From Conidiobolus incongruus B7586 (taxonomy: Eukaryota), in contig JNEM01008970.1 of the NCBI GenBank assembly GCA_000697335.1, forward strand, positions 1 through 40,498: 40,498 nt of DNA, written 5' to 3'. The notes under the pieces were generated by a model, which worked only from the letters and a program-made list of their open reading frames with translations, had not been told where the DNA came from and ran no database searches. Each line of letters begins with the position of its first letter. The stretch's first letter is position 1. Positions 37,399 through 40,498 of the stretch are shown one piece after another. The translations under genes and the position numbers were made by a program.

Positions 37399-38723
37399 TT
37401 ATTATAAAATTGAAAAAATAGGAAATTTTTTAATTTCTGATTTTTCAAACATATTATTAGTTTCAAATGAAAAAATATATACAAAACAAATAGGAAAATA
37501 GATAGTTTTGAATTATATATATATATATATATATTTATATAATAATTATTTGGTTAAAAAATTAATTTTTTAAAATTAGTTATTTAATTTAATTATATTT
37601 AAACTTATAATAACCATCAAAAGTTTTTTATTTTAGTATTAGTAAAACTTAACCACAAACCCTTTAAAATCATTTAAAATTTATAAGCAGTTTTTAGTAA
37701 TAAAGTATTATTTAAATCAATAATTTATCACTAGGTAAATTATTTTAAAGTTAAAAGAAAAATTATCCAAAACTTATTAAAATCTAAAAAACTAATTTTA
37801 ATTATTATTTTTTTAATTGTTAATAAAGTGAAAAATTATATTGAAAAGTACCTTTTTATTTTAGTTAAAGAATTATTAAAATATTTTAATATTAGTTATA
37901 TAAGTAATTTATATATATTAAAGTTTAATATTAAAATTAATTAATAAAATTATAAAATAAATATTTTAAAATTTAACTAAAGCTTAAAAAAAACTAGTGT
38001 AGCTATTATTAAATAAAACTTACTAAGGTATAATTAAAAACTAAGGTTTTTACAGCAAAATATTATAATTAATGAATTTTAAATTCTTTTGTATAATCCT
38101 TTGCTAAAACATATATTAAAGTGTTAGATTAAGCTAAATCAACTCCCTTTATAAATTCCTTTAAATAAATATTTTATTAATAAGTGAATATTAATTATTG
38201 TAATAAATTATAATGGTATATACTATTCTTATTTAGTTTTTAAAGAAAAATTAATTAATAGTAAACTTTATATTTCTTTTTTAAATAAAATTATTTATAA
38301 TTGATATTCTTAATATAATTTAAGAAAACCTATTATTTTATATAATAATTATAAAATATATATATATCTAAAGTTATAAAAAAACTTTTTAATTAAAAAT
38401 AACTGGAAAAAACTACCACATCTAGTATATTCCTTAGATTATAACCTATGTGATTATAATTGCTTTAAGCAATTAAAAAAATAGCTTGTAAGAAAAATAA
38501 TTTCTACAGGAAAATTTAATTAGTTTGTAAAACATCAAATTTTAGTCTTTAATAAAAAGAATAATTTTTTAGGTGTTAAATCTTTAAAAAAATATAGCAA
38601 AAAGTTATTAGAAATAAAAAAAATTATTAATTTTATATTATATATTTATTTTTACTTTTTATATATTAGAATATTTATTTTTTTCAATTGCAAAAAATTT
38701 CCATTATTTATATTACAAAGTAA
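37399..38723 (+). mobile_element. Degenerate mariner (DD34D) transposon, copy C (close to copy B)
   Basis: Colinear with 21352-22646. LPHLVYSLDYNLCDY keeps the third catalytic Asp. TIRs AATAGGAAATTTTTT / AAAAAATTTCCATT with TA flanks. Confidence 0.9.
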
Positions 38724-40498
38724 TATTATTCAATAATCCAAATACTAACAATAAAACAAATAAAAATACTTATACTATATTATTTATCTTATTTTTAAAT
38801 ATAACAAAATAAAATATCATTTAAAGAATTTTAAAAACTTACATTAAATATAAACTAAAGATAATTCTATCTATCAGGAATTTAATATATGAAAATATAT
38901 TTTGATTTTTTTATTATCAATATAAATCATGTTAAAAAATCTTAATATAAAGTTTTATTATATATAACTTTTAAAAAAAACTAACCTTATATAATATCTT
39001 TAATGGTAATAATAATATTTTCGTAATATATAAATATATTATTTATTAATATTGAAAATTCAATATAAAATAAATATTTCTGAGTGATATTAATTATATA
39101 CAAAAATAGTTAATATGTTTTTTATAAGTTGTTTTTTATTAATAAAAATATAGAATAGATTAATTATTATTTACCTCTTTTTAATTACTAATAAAAAAAT
39201 TTAAAAATATCATTTAAAATACAATTACAATAGTAAATATTATTACTTTAAAAAATAAAAAATTATATTATTTGGTTGTTTTAGATTTAATAAATTTTAC
39301 GATGCCAAAGCATATATTAATATTATATATTATTTAACCAAATTCATCTTATTTTTTTCACATATATCCAATTTTCAATGTTGAAATTTGAAATAGATTT
39401 GATAATTCATTTAATTTCTATATTTATTTCATAAGTTATTCATATTCATATAATTTCATAAATTAATAAATAATCAAAAATTGAAAATTATATAAAATTA
39501 TTATAATAAAAGGAAAATATAGATATTTTAAACTTGGACTTAATATTGAATATTCATTTAAATATACTTTACAAGATAAGTATTATATTAATTTATAATT
39601 TGTCAACTTTAGTTTTTAATTCCTAGTTTATACTTTAGTAATCATATATTGTATAGGTATTTTAATTTGGTATAAATAAGTTCAAATTTATCAAAATAAC
39701 CAAAAAAAATAAAGTAAATAATTTAAATTATTTTTAAAATTATTATATTAAATATCAAAGATATTAATTAAAAAAATTATTCAATTGAATATTATACACT
39801 TTTTAGTATGGTATTAATTTATTTCTATTTAAATTTAAATCAAGCCTTTAAATATATATTAAGATTAAATAAGTATAATTTAACTATAAGCTTAAGCAAC
39901 CATATAAAATATTCTTTAAATATATTTATAATATAAAATATCATAAATATTAATAAAATTCTATAACTAAATCTTAAATTATTATTTAATATAAATCTTA
40001 AGCTTTTATAGAAAAAGCCTAATAAAAATAAAATATCATATAGTATTAGATATAAATTAATTAAAAGGGAAGGGAGAATAATATTATCTTTTTTAATCTT
40101 ATTAAATATAGATTTATCAAAAAATTAATTCCATATTTTCTTTTTCAAAATCTTAAATAAAAGTTTATATAATTTTCCTTAACAATAGTCAATATATTTT
40201 TTTAATATAAAAACAGATATTCTATTTAGAGTATAATTTTTAAGCAAATTAGGTATTTATAATTTGATAGATAATATAAAATTAGTAATAAAATATTTGT
40301 AAATTTAAAAAAGGTTTGCTAATAAAAAATAATATCTTTAGATTAATTAGTATTTGATATCTTAGTTTAAATAGTTGAATAAGTTTATTCTTAAAAAAAG
40401 AATAAATATATATTTGATTATTAAATAATTAATAATAGTAAATAAATGAATTAATAAGGAAAATATATTGTTATAAATAATTATAATAAAATATTTTA

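Noticed and set aside
37515..37533. (TA)n runs here and at ~19949-19967
   Set aside because: Simple microsatellites inside the mariner 5' regions; no CRISPR-like or other array structure was seen in the window.

Overview
Very AT-rich, intron-containing eukaryotic DNA. Gene content and ~50-nt GT-AG introns indicate a fungus; an early-diverging lineage such as Conidiobolus/Neoconidiobolus is my guess only. Bases 1-9.75 kb are a nested transposon graveyard. It holds a complete but degenerate chromodomain-bearing Ty3/gypsy element (4037-9751; 399-bp LTRs, ATACT target duplication) and the 5' end of a second copy (1-3480), whose LTR is split by an IR/DR-type Tc1 (DD34E) element. The gene-rich part contains a prion-like/DM9 protein, tRNA-Lys(UUU) with a solo LTR 10 bp upstream, proteasome alpha-1, glucosidase II beta, a highly divergent ADP/ATP-carrier paralog with a tandem pseudogene, an OAC1-like carrier and a TAPT1/EMP65 homolog. 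There are also three degenerate DD34D mariner copies and a second solo LTR. The strongest signal is RIP-like, repeat-restricted C>T/G>A hypermutation, including non-CpG contexts. All alignments and counts were done by eye.
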